The notes under the pieces were generated by a model. It was given only the letters and a program-made list of their open reading frames with translations. It was not told where the DNA came from and ran no database searches. This document shows positions 39,522-53,400 of a stretch of DNA of 64,000 nt, piece after piece. Made by a program: the position numbers and the translations under genes. The stretch is from Squalus acanthias (lineage: Eukaryota), in the NCBI GenBank assembly GCA_030390025.1, contig CM059432.1, positions 61,320,001 through 61,384,000 of the forward strand, in the 5' to 3' direction. Each line of letters starts with the position of its first letter. Positions within the stretch are counted from its first letter, which is position 1.

Positions 39522-41959
39522 CTGTGAACCCACGAAAGAAGTCTTGTTCAAGATATTTATACTGCGTGAACAAATAAGAGACTACACAGCAAAAGGGATA
39601 GTCAAGTAAAATGAGAGTTATCGAACCATTTTAACTAAAATGTTAACATCCAACAGAAGTCTGTTGTCAACAACTTAAGTAAAAACAATAATGTAAAATT
39701 TCATTGGAATTAATTTTAAATAACTTTTTCCTTTAACAGAACTTAATATCTCAATACATAGAACATTTAAAACTGGCATACTCTGTCCAAGAACAGAACT
39801 TTGTCGAGAGAGAATTCCAATTATAACCTGACTGGCTATTCCAACTGATGTAACAGTGGAGAGTTCCCCCAGTGTCCTGACCAAAATTCTTACCCTAACA
39901 AATCCCACTAAAAATAACAGATCAGCTGGTCGTTCATCTCAGGTGTTGTTTGTGGGGCCTTGCTGCAAACTGGCTGCTGTTTACAGTGATTATATTCCAA
40001 AAATAATTCATTGCTGTGAAAAAATGAGGTTCGATAAAGTTGCATAAATGCAAGTTCTTTCTATACATCGATCTTTGGCTCTTCCTATTCAAACATTAAA
40101 AGCAACCTGTTCACTAAGGCTTGCCTTCCTTTCTAATGTGTGATAGCATGATTATTTTGCAACATTTCTGCCGTAGAGACAGTGTGCACTCAGACTCTCA
40201 CACTACCACCAAGCTTTGTATTGAAAGTAACGGCATGGACGGGTTCTAATGCATCAATTACACATCCCTTTACTTATCCCCTATAAAATCATATGGTCTC
40301 CTGCTATACGGCCTTATATGTCCATCCAGAAAGAGGTCATTAGTTTTGAAGGTATATGCCAAATTTGGAGCGTAGAAAGGGCAGTGATTAAGCTACTATA
40401 ATAATTCAGTACAGTACATTCAAACCCAACCCACTAGCAGGACAATCCAACAGGTTCTGTGCCAACAAATGTGAAAGATTTCAAATAATCTGAACTTGAT
40501 TTGTGTCTTGAAATGCACACAACCTGATCAAATACAGACTGGTATAGACAGGAATCTGTCAGCACAAACTGAAAGATACGTACTTGTAGTCGGGGTGCAA
40601 TTAAGCCACACTGAGGGAGGCCCGTACGAGAGAACAGGCTAGCATATGACAAGGATGAACAGAAGCTAGTTCAGGACATTTTTTCTAGTTGTGTGAGAGA
40701 GTCAGAACTGTTGTAATAGTAACCTCAACCTTATTAATAACGTGAAAATACAATAGGAGCTGGTACGTTGACTTAGCGTGGACGAGTACTGAAGACCGTC
40801 TCCCCTATGACTATCAACGAAATTGAACAGTGAACCTTGACATGACCGACCTGCACAGCTGAACAATCTTATTCAGTATCGAGCTGGTACAATACATATG
40901 TCGTCTGGGTTGGCACAGTTTGGATGTCCTCCGAGTTTCGGGCTGGTGATTTTTCAGTATCAGGTAAGCACGAAATTATTATAGTCTAAACAAAAATTAA
41001 GACGTTGTACTGCCCTTTTTTTTCAAAGACTTGGCGAGACGTGTTGTCTTCCATGGACGAAGTATATCACAACGTCCAACTGCCGTTTATGAAATGCAAC
41101 ATTGTTTAATCCCGTCACTGTCTGTCAAAGGAGGCATAACCATCCAAAACTGAAGTGGGACTGAAGAAATTCAAAGCATGTGGATAGATATCTCAACTCA
41201 AGCCTGCTCATCATAATATGCATTTTAAATTTGGTACCAACAGGGATTAGTTTAGTAGATGTATTGAGGGCCCTCATTTCACTGGGTACTCAACCATCTG
41301 ATGTCAGAAGGTATACTCCAGGTACCGTCTCTTTAAGTCGTGGTGATGCAATAGTAGATAGGATTTACCAAACAGATCCTCAACGTCAAGAAAGGAAAAT
41401 CAATAGTGTAATTAGTCAGATTTATTTATTTGGAACATGATTTTTCTCTCCCTTCCCCACCCCATGCTGGAAAAGCGACAATGAATGAAACACCCATCAG
41501 GGAACAAATTAGAAGGAGTGCATGTTATTATCCCCGAGGGCTCAAAATCTTGGTCATGAAAAACAGATGGGAATGTAAGCTCGTTAACCTCGTACAATTC
41601 ACACCTGTGGCAATTAGCACTGTATCTGGAAAATATTGAATTTTATTTTTCTGTCACACCAACTTAAAATGGTTCTAATGGCATCACCAGCGATGTATTT
41701 CAACATAAAATTGCAACAAATCTACACGATTTCAGTTTCATAAGAAATTTTATGGCAATAAGTGGCCTGCTGGCAATCGCTGTAGCCAGCTTGCCCGCAC
41801 AGCAATTACACACACTGTGCAATTCAGTTTCAACGCCGCATTAACAACCAAATCATCTTTCTAAGTTGCTGGTGGGGGTCTCGGTATATATAGCCAATCG
41901 TTTCAATCTTGCAATCCGTCTAAAGAGGTGCCTAACTGCTTCAGATTCACTGTAAAATG

Positions 41960-42490
41960 ATCAGTTTCAGGAGCTGTTCTCGGCCGGTGGCAGGGAGAGA
42001 ACCACTAGCAGGAACTGAAGCAGAAGATAAATAATTTTAGCTCGAGCAAGTCTCAGAAGGAGCATCCTGCTCCCTCCCAGCCCCCCGGTTTTTTTTAAAA
42101 CCTGGTGAACTTTTTGGCCTAGCAGCTGCTGCCTTGTGCTGCCAAAGCGACTCCCATTGTCCATCGGGGAACTAACAGGTTGATTATGCGGCGTAGGTCG
42201 GCGCGCAGACAGGTAGTAACCGTCTCCATGGGAACATGCGAGCAGCGCGAGGTGAGCAGAGCCTGGATTCGTGCACACGCGCCCACTTCCCGGCCCGGGG
42301 ATTGTAGTCAGGTTGCGCGCGCTGGCGCGCTCGGTCAGCTCGGGCTCGCGCTCAGGCGGGACCCACAGCCTTTCGCAGCACAGATGCATTACGCCAGATT
42401 GTCGACACCCGACCGGCCAGGCAACACCACCAGCTCTCGGGAGGGAGGGGAGGGGCGAGATGGCACGCCATTCCGGGCCTCGTCATCGAA
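41960..42490. promoter_or_regulatory. Intronic CpG island with promoter motifs
   Basis: CpG-rich; RFX X-box-like GTCTCCATGGGAAC at 42222-42235; ZNF143/SBS-like GACTACAATCCCC on the minus strand at 42297-42309. Confidence 0.55.
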
Positions 42491-44630
42491 TTTTAAACCT
42501 TAAAATATACAGCAGGAGAGCCACATGACTTAACGTTAGCGTTTAGTTTTTTTTTCCTCCCACATTTAAAATTACAAATTATACAGATATTGACTACAAA
42601 ACAAACATAAGAGTCTACGACTAGAGTAACTTGCTAATAAAATAAATATTCCAGAAGATAAGGTTGGTGACAGGCCTACTAGATAGCAATATGGTCGCCA
42701 GTAACACACTGTATGCACACACAGTAAAATTGATAACTGGGCTGCCTGGCATTTTTTTTTAAAGCTACCCTCTGACTTTATTAATCATGTATAACAAAAC
42801 ACAAAATTAGTGTAGGATACACTAGTTCTACGCGGAGTTCTCAGAGTTTACGTCCATTCTTCCAACCAGAGTTGAATATCTTTGTGACTTGCCAGTTTTA
42901 AGGAAAAATATATATACTTATTTAGAATATTCTTCAACTGAGACATTTTCGCTTTTTACTGATAACGTGTCAATCAAGTGCAGAAACTCCCTTTTCGCCA
43001 ACAGTGTATATGTATTTTTATGCCAAAGCGAATGCTAGGCATCTTTATTTACATTTACTTGTCAAAAATCTCCACCTTTAAAACGTAGTGCCTATAGCAA
43101 GGACATCTTCGTTGCTGCTAAAAATTACCTTCAGCATTTAATATGTTTGAGTAGGCATCAGCTCCCACCCATGCTGTTATTCTGAACAATATTAAAAAGT
43201 CTTGTATTTACTTGATGTACATGAGAAACAGGACCTATAATCAGTTAAAACAGACAGGTAGGTGGTCAATCGTTGTCAGATTTCTGTCAGCATTCATCGG
43301 CTGCTGGTACCTTCGTCCCATCGTGATGAAAGAAATGCCAGGTCGCGAGGTTCTGTTGCCTGGTGACAAAAGTGCATATCCCAGACCACAGGAGGATATG
43401 AATGCAGAAATATCGATAAATTCTAATCTAACTCTCCATGATGCTGTTCATTGAGCAGTAAAATATCGAAATGCACTGTCGATGTAGGCTCTGGAACCCA
43501 CGAGATTGCCTGTACTTTTAATGGGAATGAATACAGTTTGCTTTCTGTGGAATGTATAAAATGGATACTGAACGGTGCAAAGAGACCTCCCATTTTATTT
43601 GCAATTGCCTGTCCTGTTGATGGCACTTGTAATTCAGTCTCTTAGGCAATCGGGTACTGTAGTTAATTAGCCCGATAACAGACGATGTTGCTCCAGCTCC
43701 CATGTCTTTTAAAAGATAGTAATCATGATGCCTAATTATCAGACAGCAACGACGGATTTACTGGCAAGAGCGGATCTCTTGGGCAGACAGGAAAGAACTG
43801 TGCAAAAAAAGTCCCCAAAGCCCCCAACATAATCCAGGTTGTCAGAAACGTTAAGGAAAACAGAGCCCCATCATACGCGTCCTCGTTGTAATCACTCCCT
43901 TTCCATTTCACCGGGATAATCGCGTGGGTGGGTGAGGGGATTTGGATTGTTAACAAAAATGTTTCTGAACAACAGCTATCACCATTACTCGTCTGATGCT
44001 ATCGCAATCTGTGAACCTGCAAGTGCTGCTTAAAATAAGTGTTTAACCAAAGCCATTTAAACAGAAAATTACTTATAAAAGGAAAACTACTGAACTATTT
44101 TTAATTGCAATGCCTTCATCGCATTACTCGATTTTATTAACAAGAACAGAATACCAGATGTATACGAGAAAACAGGTCTGTTAAGAAAATAACTGGAAAA
44201 ACTGAGACGGAGGAGGAGGGGGGTAAATACACACCCACCAGCGCTGCATTTGGCTTCCTACCAAAAATTCTGTCCCGACACTATGTAATGATATCCGGGA
44301 TGCATCAAGCACTCTCACCTCAAATTATGCTTTAAAATTCGACACTGAGAATTAATGGTACTTTTTAAAAAATATTTCTTCTCAAGGTAAGTGTTCGAGC
44401 TGTAAACTAAACAAGCAATTAACCCCAAACGTCATTTTCCCTGTAATTAAATAAAGAGATCATTATAAGCTGAGTGTACAGCCTGGACGTGCCAGCCTAG
44501 GCAACATGACCGCCTGATGCACGATACTAAAGACCCCATCATCAGGCAGCCAACTGTGGCACCCCTTTTTTTCTTTACGTACAGACTTGGAAACAAATAA
44601 ACATCAACTTTAATACAAGTGAGCACTAAC

Positions 44631-44912
44631 CGTCGTTTTAACTGGTACGTAAAGGACCAGTTTACCACCTCCAGCCTTCAGCTCCTCCGACGATCCCAGC
44701 TGGAACCCTTTCGATTTCACCCAGAATTTAAATTTGGCGTTATCGGCAGAGCTAGGTTCTACTCCGCTCAGGAATTGGACGATGCGATCGTATTTCTTAC
44801 GGGTAACCGTCTTGGTTTTGCCAGAGTCTCCGTAGGTCTTCAGACACCACTCCTGAAACTGACGGAACAGGTCCCGGTCGCTGCTGTCCCGTGCGGCCGC
44901 TTTGTTCTCCAT
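44631..44912 (-). CDS. NOL4: Nucleolar protein 4, coding exon 1 (94 codons)
   Basis: Translates MENKAAARDSSDRDLFRQFQEWCLKTYGDSGKTKTVTRKKYDRIVQFLSGVEPSSADNAKFKFWVKSKGFQLG...LYVPVKTT, matching the vertebrate NOL4 N-terminus as I recall it; followed by a GTTAGT donor (phase 0). The paralog NOL4L is less likely. Confidence 0.93.
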
Positions 44913-45089
44913 AATAGCCCAGGAGCCTGGGACTCGAGTGTGCTCAATGTGTGGACTTTACACCTGAATAGCCCAATGGAGCAACAATACACCGAAAAGG
45001 GTGTTAACCGAAAATTCCCAATAGCGATGCTAATATATTAAATCCGTCTTTATATTTTTAAATAATATTTAAAATAAACGATATAAAAG

Positions 45090-45500
45090 ACCGAGCAATG
45101 CACATAGACAAACTGTCCGTTTGTAAAGGGGGCAATGCGGCCGGAGCCCGCTCTGGTAGCAGTTTTTTTTCGGTTCTTGCCCCGTTGGTACCGTTACCAG
45201 CACTGCCGCCCTTGCCCGATTCGGTGCCGCCCGCGGGACTGTGCTCCTGTCTCACGCCGTGCAGAGTGGAGGCGAGCGGATCACGCGCCGCGCTCTCTCG
45301 GCCCCCCGAGCTGCCAGACCGAGCGCGAGCGCCGGGTTTCCCTGCTCCACCAGCTCTTCCCTTTTTGTTTCGAGCCACGCTATTGGACAGCGGAACAAAA
45401 GTTTCTCTGGCGACGGCCAATCAATGATGTCACGTACAGCTGTCCCATTTAGGAATACAGTGCAACACGCATGCCTTCTGCACTGTGATAGCAGCGCACA
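45090..45500 (-). promoter_or_regulatory. CpG island, probable NOL4 promoter and 5' UTR
   Basis: CpG-dense non-repetitive sequence directly upstream of the ATG; GGCCAATC (CCAAT box) and TGATGTCA (CRE-like) near 45415-45432. Confidence 0.7.
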
Positions 45501-46789
45501 TTCAACAGCTGATACAGGTGAATCCAAAAATACATTTTACATTTTCAAAAGAAACAAGGTCTTTGTCTGGTTAGTGCGCGAAAGGAAACAAGCGAATCAA
45601 TCAAAATTACGGTTTATATCCCGTTAAAACAATTATATAATTATGTCTGATATAAGACATAAGTGAGATATGTCAGGTACTCCATATTAAGTAAGCAAAA
45701 CATCTGTAAGAATACTGCAAACATACATGTTTTGGTCTTGAAATATTAGATATCTAAACATATTTATTATCTTATCTGTTAATCTCAAGTTTTAGACTTA
45801 TTAGTGAAACATAGTCACGACTGACACTCTAATTGCTTTATCTATACATTTTTTTTAAATGGCTTGATGATATTCCTTTCCTATATGGCTTCAGAACCCT
45901 CAGTTGCTAGGCACAAAAGATAAATAGGTTTCTGCCCCCTTTTCATTGCCCATGGATTTCCTTGTGATTCCCTGGTGGCAAATGCTTGCACCTGGAGCAG
46001 GCACAAGATTGGGGCAGTTATGGCAATGGGAGGACCCTGATAGGGCCTTCCACCTTGCTTTCCTCCAGGTACAGTAGGCTGGACCCGGCTTTGAGGAGTG
46101 CCTGAAGAAGTTGTTGGTAGATTTTGTGCCTGCTTCCACACCCCGCCCCCACCCCCGCCACCCCCACCCTCAGATTGAAGGATCTGAGAGAGGTAGGTAA
46201 CAAGTCCAGGGAGTCTTCAAAATTAAGGTTAAACCCTTTTTTTTTTAGCTCCCCAATGGATCTTTGGAGCTGGAGGTCTGACTTCTGTTTTTGGGCAACA
46301 ACCAATAGGCCCCACAGCCAGAGCCTATAACCGTTGGTTTCTCAGGCTTGGAGTAGCAACTGGATTGCCATTCTGGATTTTGGCACAGATCTCTGCCAAA
46401 AGGTAGGCCTGCGCCTGGTAAATGTCTTGGCAATGTAAATGCCCTGAACCTGGAAATCCAGGCCATGTCAGGTAGAGCGTACTTTGGGTGCACACTAAAT
46501 TGACATGCACCCTGGCAAAAGCGGGGAGGAAAATTACGGTGAATGTATACAGCATACATTTTGCCCTTAATACTTTAATGATATGTGAGAATAGGAAAGT
46601 TATTTTAATGGGAGACTTCAATCAACCATATATAAATTTCAAAAAAGCAAGTTGTCTAGAATCAGAGATGGTAGATGTAGTACGTGACCACTTCTTAACC
46701 TTATCAAGGAAGCCATAGCAGGCAATGCTCATCTTAATCTTATTTAAAATGATGTTTAATTTGGAAAAGTGCAGTGTTATGTATGTAAA

Positions 46790-47751
46790 CACAGTGTCAG
46801 TTTCCACATGTACACTGACGACACCCAGCTCTACCTCACCACCATTTCTCTCGACCCCTCCACTGTCTCTAAATTATCAGAATGCTTGACCGACATCCAG
46901 TACTGAATGAGCAGAAATTTCCTCCAACTAAATATTGGGAAGATCAAAGCCGTTGTCTTTAGTCCTCGCCACAAACTCCGTTCCCTAGCTACTGACTCCA
47001 TCCTTCTCCCGAGCATCTGTCTGAGGCTGAACCAGACATATTTGACCCTGAAATGAGCTGCCGACCACATATCCGTGCCATAACTAAGACCGCCTATTTC
47101 CACAGGTGTAACAGCGCCTGTCTCCGCCCCTGCCTCAGCTCATCTGCTGCTGAAACCCTCATCCATGCCTTTGTTACCTCTAGACTTGACAATTCCAATG
47201 CACTCCTGTCTGGCCTCCCACGTTCTACCCGACATAAACTTGAGGTCATCCAAAACTTGGTTGCTCATGTCCTAACTTGCACCAAGTCCCGTTCACCCAT
47301 CACCCCTGTGCTCGCTAACCTACATTGGTTCCTGGTTAAGAAACACCTCGATTTTAAAATTCTCATCCTTGTTTTCAAATCCCTCCATGGCCTCACCCCT
47401 CCCTATCTCTGTAATCTTCTCCAGCCCCACAACCCCCCGAGATGTCTGCGCTCCTCTAATTCTGGCCTCTTGAGCATCCCTGATTTTAATCACTCAACCT
47501 CACTCACGGTGGCCATGCCTTCAGCTGCCTAGGCCCGAAGCTCTGGAATTCCCTCCCTAAACCTCTCTTTTCTCCTTTAAGGCGCTTCTTAAAACCTACC
47601 TTTTTGACCAAGCTTTTGGTCATCTGCCGTAATTTCTCCTTATGTGGCTTGGTGTCAAATTTTGTTTTATAACACTCCTGTGAAGCACCTTGGGATGTTT
47701 TACTATGTTAAAGGCGCTATGTAAATACAAGTTACTGTTGTCGTTGTTGTT
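46790..47751 (+). mobile_element. L2 LINE 3' portion
   Basis: FHMYTDDTQLYL, AETLIHAFVTSRLD, SPITPVLANLHW; tail AAGGCGCTATGTAAATACAAG(TTG)n. Confidence 0.88.
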
Positions 47752-48079
47752 GGGCAGGGCAAATGCTCAACATACATATAACCTTCAGGGAAAAGCATTA
47801 AAGGTGCAGAAAGAAAGAGATCAGGGCATTCTAGTGCATACATCTCTAAAGGTACATGAGCAATACCGTGAAGGGATAGCTAGAGCAAATAGGGTGTTGG
47901 GGTGTATTCATAGGACAGTTGATTATAAGACGAAGCATACTATTTTGTCCTTGTACAAGACCTTAGTCAGGCCACACTTGGAATAATGTGTTCAGTTTTG
48001 GTCTCCTCACATGGTGGGTGATAGTCAGGCTTTGGAAAGGGGGCAGAGGAGGGCTACTAGATTAATTCTCAGTATAAAG

Positions 48080-49909
48080 TATGTAAAAAGGAAGAGAGTA
48101 GCAAAAGTAAACGTTGGTCCCTTAGAGGCTGAGAGAGGAGAAATTATTATGGGGACTAAGAAAATGGCTGAAACGTTAAACAAATATTTTGTATCTGTCT
48201 TCACAGTAGAAGACACAAAAAGCATACCAAAAATGGTAGGGAACCAAGGGTCTAATGAGGGTGAGGAACTTAACGTAATTAATATAAGTAGAGAAAAAGT
48301 ACGAGAGAAACTAATGGGACGAAAAGCCGACAAATCCCCTGGACCTGACGGCCTACATCCTAGGGTTCTAAAAGACGTGGCTGAAGAGATAGTGGATGCA
48401 TTGGTTTTGATCTTACAAAATTCCTTAGATTCTAGAATGGTCCCAGTAGATTGGAAGCTCGCAAATGTAACACCACTATTCAAGAAAAGAGAGAGAGAAA
48501 AAACAGGGAACTACAGGCCAGTTAGCCTGACATCAGTCGTCAGGAAAATGCTGGAATCCATTATTAAGGAAGTGGTATCAGGGCACTTAGAAAATCATAA
48601 CATGATTAGGGAGAGTCAGCATGGTTTTATGAAAGGGAACACGTGTTTGACAAATTTATTAGAGTTTTTTGAGGATGTAACTAGCAGGGTAGATAAAGGA
48701 GAACCAGTGGATGTAGTATATTTGGATTTCCAAAAGGCATTCGATAAGGTGCCACATAAAAGGTTATTACACAAGATTAGGGCTCACGGGGTTGGGGGTA
48801 ATATAGTAGCATGGATAGAGGATTGGTTAACAGACAGAAAACAGAGAATAGGGATAAACGGATCTTTTTCAGTTTGGGAGGCTGTAACTAGTGGGGTGCC
48901 GCAAGGATCAGTGTTGGGGCCTCAGTTATTTACAATCTATATTAATGACCTAGATGAAGGGACCGAGTGTAATGTATCCAAGTTTGCTGATGATACAAAG
49001 CTAGGTGGGACAGTAAGCTGTGAGGAGAACACAAAGAGTCTGTAAAGGGATATAGATAGACTAAGTGAGTGGGCAGTAAGGTGGCAGATGGAGTATAATA
49101 TAGGGAAATGTGAGGTTATTCACTTTGGTAGGAAGAATAGAAAAACAGAATATTTTTTAAATGTTGAGAAACTTTCAAATGTTGGTGTTCAGAGAGATTT
49201 GGGTGTCCTTGTGCAAGAAACACAGAAAGCTAGCATGCAGGTACAGCAAGCAATAAGGAAGGCAAATGGCATGTTGGCCTTTATTGTAAGGGGGTTGGAG
49301 TATAAGAGTAAGGAAGTCTTGCTACAATTGTACAGGGCCTTGGTGAGACCACACCTGTTGTACTGTGCACAATTTTGGTGTCCTTATCTAAGGAAGGATA
49401 TACTTGCCTTGGAGGCGGTGCAACGAAGATTCACTAGATTGATTCCTGGGATGAGAAGGCTGTCCTATGATGAGCGATTGTGTAGAATGGGCCTATACTC
49501 TCTGGAGTCTAGAAGAATAAGAGGTGATCTCATTGAAACATACAAGATTCTGAAGGGGATTGACAGGGTAGATGCTGAGAGGTTGTTTCCCCTGGCTGGA
49601 GTGTCTAGAACTGGGGGGCATAGTCTCAGGATAAGGGGTAGGCCATTTAAGACTGCGATGAGGAGGAATTTCTTCACTCAGAGAGTTGTGAATCTTTGGA
49701 ATTCTCTGCCCCAGAGGGCTGTGAATGCTGAGTCTTTGAGTATATTCAAGGCTGAGATAGATAGATTTTTGGACTCTAGGGGAATCAAGGGATATGGAGA
49801 TCGGGTGGGAAAGTGGAGTTGAGGTCGATGATCAGCCATGATCTTATTGAATGGCGGAGCAGGCTCGAGGGGCCGTATAGCCTACTCCTGCTCTTATTTC
49901 TTATGTTCT
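48080..49909 (+). mobile_element. 5'-truncated CR1 LINE, RT nearly intact
   Basis: ORFs 48011-49045 and 49088-49822 are in the same frame, split by one stop; TSD TATAAAG at 48073-48079 and 49910-49916. Confidence 0.93.
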
Positions 49910-50477
49910 TATAAAGCATCTTGGTTATCAAAATAGGCTAAAAGAGTTGAGACTCTACATATAGAGAAGCATAGACTTGGGGTGAACTGATTGAGGTTTG
50001 TAAGATAATGCAGGGAATAGATTGTGTTCCAGTTGACAGTTTGCTCCAATTAAATAGGTTAGGGAGGACCAGGGGTCACAATTGTAAGTTGTATAAGGCC
50101 AGATCTAGGTTAGATGTCAGGAGGTAGTTCTTTTCCCAGAGAATAGTGAACCTCCAGAATAGGCTGCTGTCTTGTGCAGTGGATGGCGATTTGCTGAATT
50201 ACTTCAAGCGAGAGCTGGACCTGTTTCTGGCTGGGGCGGACATCACCTCTTACAAAACGTAGGTAGTTCACGCAATTCAGGGCCAGAGTGATCTCCTGGA
50301 TTAGTTTCGATAGCCTAGATGGGTCGGAGAGGAATTTCCCAGATTTTTTTCCCCCAAATTGACCAGGGTTTTTACCTGGTTTTTCTCCTTTCCCAGGAGA
50401 TCACATGGTTTTCAGTGGGTGGAGAGTGTATATATTGTGATACACATGGTATCACAATTGTGTGGGAAAGGCTGGAT

Positions 50478-53400
50478 TTTGTTTTATTCATTCATGGGAT
50501 GTGGGCGACGCTGGCAAGGCCAGCATTTATTGCCCATTCCTAGTTGCCCTTGAGAAAGTGGTGGTGAACCACCTTCTTGAACTGCTGCAGTCCGTGTGGT
50601 GAAGGCACTCCCACAGTGCTGTTAGGTAGGGAGTTCCAGGATTTTGACCCGGCGACAATGAAGGAACGACCATATACTTTCAAGTCAGGATGGTGTGTGA
50701 CTTGGAGGAGAACTTGGAGGTGGTGGTGTTCCCATGCGCCTGCTGCCCTTGTCCTTCTAGGTAATAGAGATCGCGGGTTTGGGAGGAGCTGTCCGAGAAG
50801 CCTTGGCGAGTTGCTGCAGTGTATTTTGTAGATGGTACACACTGCAGCCACGGTACACCGGTGGTGGAGGGAGTGAATGTTTATGGTGGTGGATGGGGTG
50901 CCAATCAAGCGGGTTGCTTTGTCTTGGATGGTGTCGAGCTTCTTGAGTGTTGTTGGAGCTGCACTCATCCAGGCAAGTGGAGAGTATTCCATCACACTCC
51001 TGACTTGTGCCTTGTAGATGGTGGAAAGGCTTTGGGGAGTCAGGAGGTGAGACACTCGCCGCAGAATACCCAGCCTCTCCTTTATGTGGCTGGCCCAGTT
51101 AGGTTTCTGGTCAATGGTGACCCCCAGGATATTGATGGTGGGGGATTCGGCGATGGTAATACCATTGAATGTCAAGGGGCGGTGGTTAGGCGCTCGCTTG
51201 TTGGAGATAGTCATTGCCTGGTACTTGTGTGGCGCGAATGTTACCTGCCACTTATCAGCCCAAACCTGAATGTCGTCCAGGTCTTGCTGCATGCGGGTAT
51301 GGACTGCTTTATTATCTGAGGAGTTGCGAATGGCAATGAACTCTGTGCAGTCATCAGTGAACATCCCCACTTCTGACCTTATGATGGAGGGAAGGTCATT
51401 GATGAAGCAGCTGAAGATGGTTGGGCCTAGGACATTACCCTGAGGAACTCCTGCAGCGATGTCCTGGGGCTGTGATGACTGACCTCCAACCAGCACAACC
51501 TTTGTGCCAGGTATGACTCCAGCCAGTGGAGAGTTTTCCCCCTGATTCCCATTGACTTCCGTTTTACTGGGGCTCCTTGATGCCACACTTGGTCAAATGC
51601 TGCCTTGATGTCAAGGGCAGTCACTCTCACCTCACCTCTGGAATTCAGCTCTTTTGTCCATATTTGGACCAAGGCTGTAATGAGGTCTGGAGCCGAGTGG
51701 TCCTGGCGGAACCCAAACTGGGCATCAGTGAGCAGGTTATTGGTGAGTAAGTGCTGCTTGAGAGCACTGTCAACGACACCTTCCATCACTTTGCTGGTGA
51801 TTGAGAGTAGACTGATGGGGCGGTAATTGGCCGGATTGGAATTGTCCTGCTTTTTGTGGACAGGACATACCCGGGCAGTTTTCCACATTATCGGATAGAT
51901 GCCAGTGTTATAGCTGTACTGGAACAGCTTGGCTAGTGGCGCGGCTAGTTCTGGAGCACATATCTTCAGTACGACAGCCGGGATGTTTTCGGGGGCCACA
52001 GCCTTTGCTGTATCCAGTGTGCTCCGCTATTTCTTGATATCATGTAGAGTGAATCGAATTGGCCGAAGACTGGCTTCTGTGGTGGTGGGGACCTCAGGAA
52101 GAGGCCGATATGGATCATCCACTCGGCACTTCTGGCTGAAGATGGTTGCAAACGTGTCAGCTTTGTCTTTTACACTCACGTGCTGGATCCACCATCATTG
52201 AGGATGGGGATATTCATGGAGCCTCCTCCTCCCGTTAGTTGCTTAATGGTCCACCACCATTCATGACTGGATGTGGCAGGACTGCAGAGCTTTGATCTGA
52301 TCCGTTGATTGTGGGATCACTTAGCTCTGTCTATAGCATGCTGCTTCCGCTTTTTAGCATGCATGTAGTCCTGTGTTGCAGGTTCCCCAGGTTCTCACCG
52401 CATTTTTAGGTACGTCTGGTGCTGCTACTGGCATGCTCTTCTACACCCCTTATTGAAACAGGGTTGGTCCCCTGGCTTGATGGTAATGGTAGAGTGAAGG
52501 ATATACTCAACCATGAGGTTACAGATTGTGGTGGAATACAATTTTGCTGCTGCTGATGGCCCACAGTGCCTCATGGATGCCCAGTTTTGAGCTCCTACAT
52601 CTGTTCTGAATCTATCCCATTTGGCATGGTGGTAGTGCCACACAGCACGATGGAGGGTGTCCTCAGTGTGAAGATGGGACTTCGTCTCCACAATGACTGT
52701 GTGGTGGTCACTGCTACCAATGCCATCATGGACAGATGCATCTGTGAGAGGTAGAGGTCAAGTAGGTTTTTCCCTCGTGTTGGTTCTCTCACCACCTGTC
52801 GCAGGCCCAGACTGGCAGCTATGTCCTTCAGGACTTGGCTAGCTCGGTCAGTAGTGGTGCTACCAAGCCACTCTTGGTGATGGACATTGAAGTCCCCCAC
52901 CCAGAGTACATTCTGTGCCCTTGCTACTCTCAGTGCTTCTTCCAAGTGGTGTTCAACATGGAGGAATACTGATTCATCAGCTGAGGAAGGGTGGTAGGTG
53001 GTAATCAGCAGGAGGTTTCCTTGCCCATGCTTGACCTGAAGCCATGAGACTTCATGGGGTCCGGAATCAATGTTGAGGACTCCCAGGGCCACTCCTTCCC
53101 AACTGTATACCACTGTGCCACCACCCCTGGTGGGCCTGTCCTGCCGGTGGGACAGTACATACCATGGGATGGTGATGGAGGAGTCTGGGACATTGATTCT
53201 GTGAGTATAATTATGTCAGGCTGTTGCTTGACTGGTCTGTGGGACAGCGCTCCCAATTTTGGTACAAGTCCCCAGATGTTGGTGAGGAGGACTTTGCAGG
53301 GTCGACTGGTCTGGGTGTGCCGTTGTCATGTCTGTAGCCGGTGCCGAGGTCGATGCCAGGTGGTCCATCCAGTTTTATTCTTATTATTGTTATTGTTTTT

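Noticed and set aside
41967..42528. ORFs in the intronic CpG island
   Set aside because: Low-complexity GC-rich translations with no motif support.
45058..45627. Overlapping ORFs of 90-130 aa upstream of NOL4
   Set aside because: Expected from a GC-rich CpG island; no recognisable domain.
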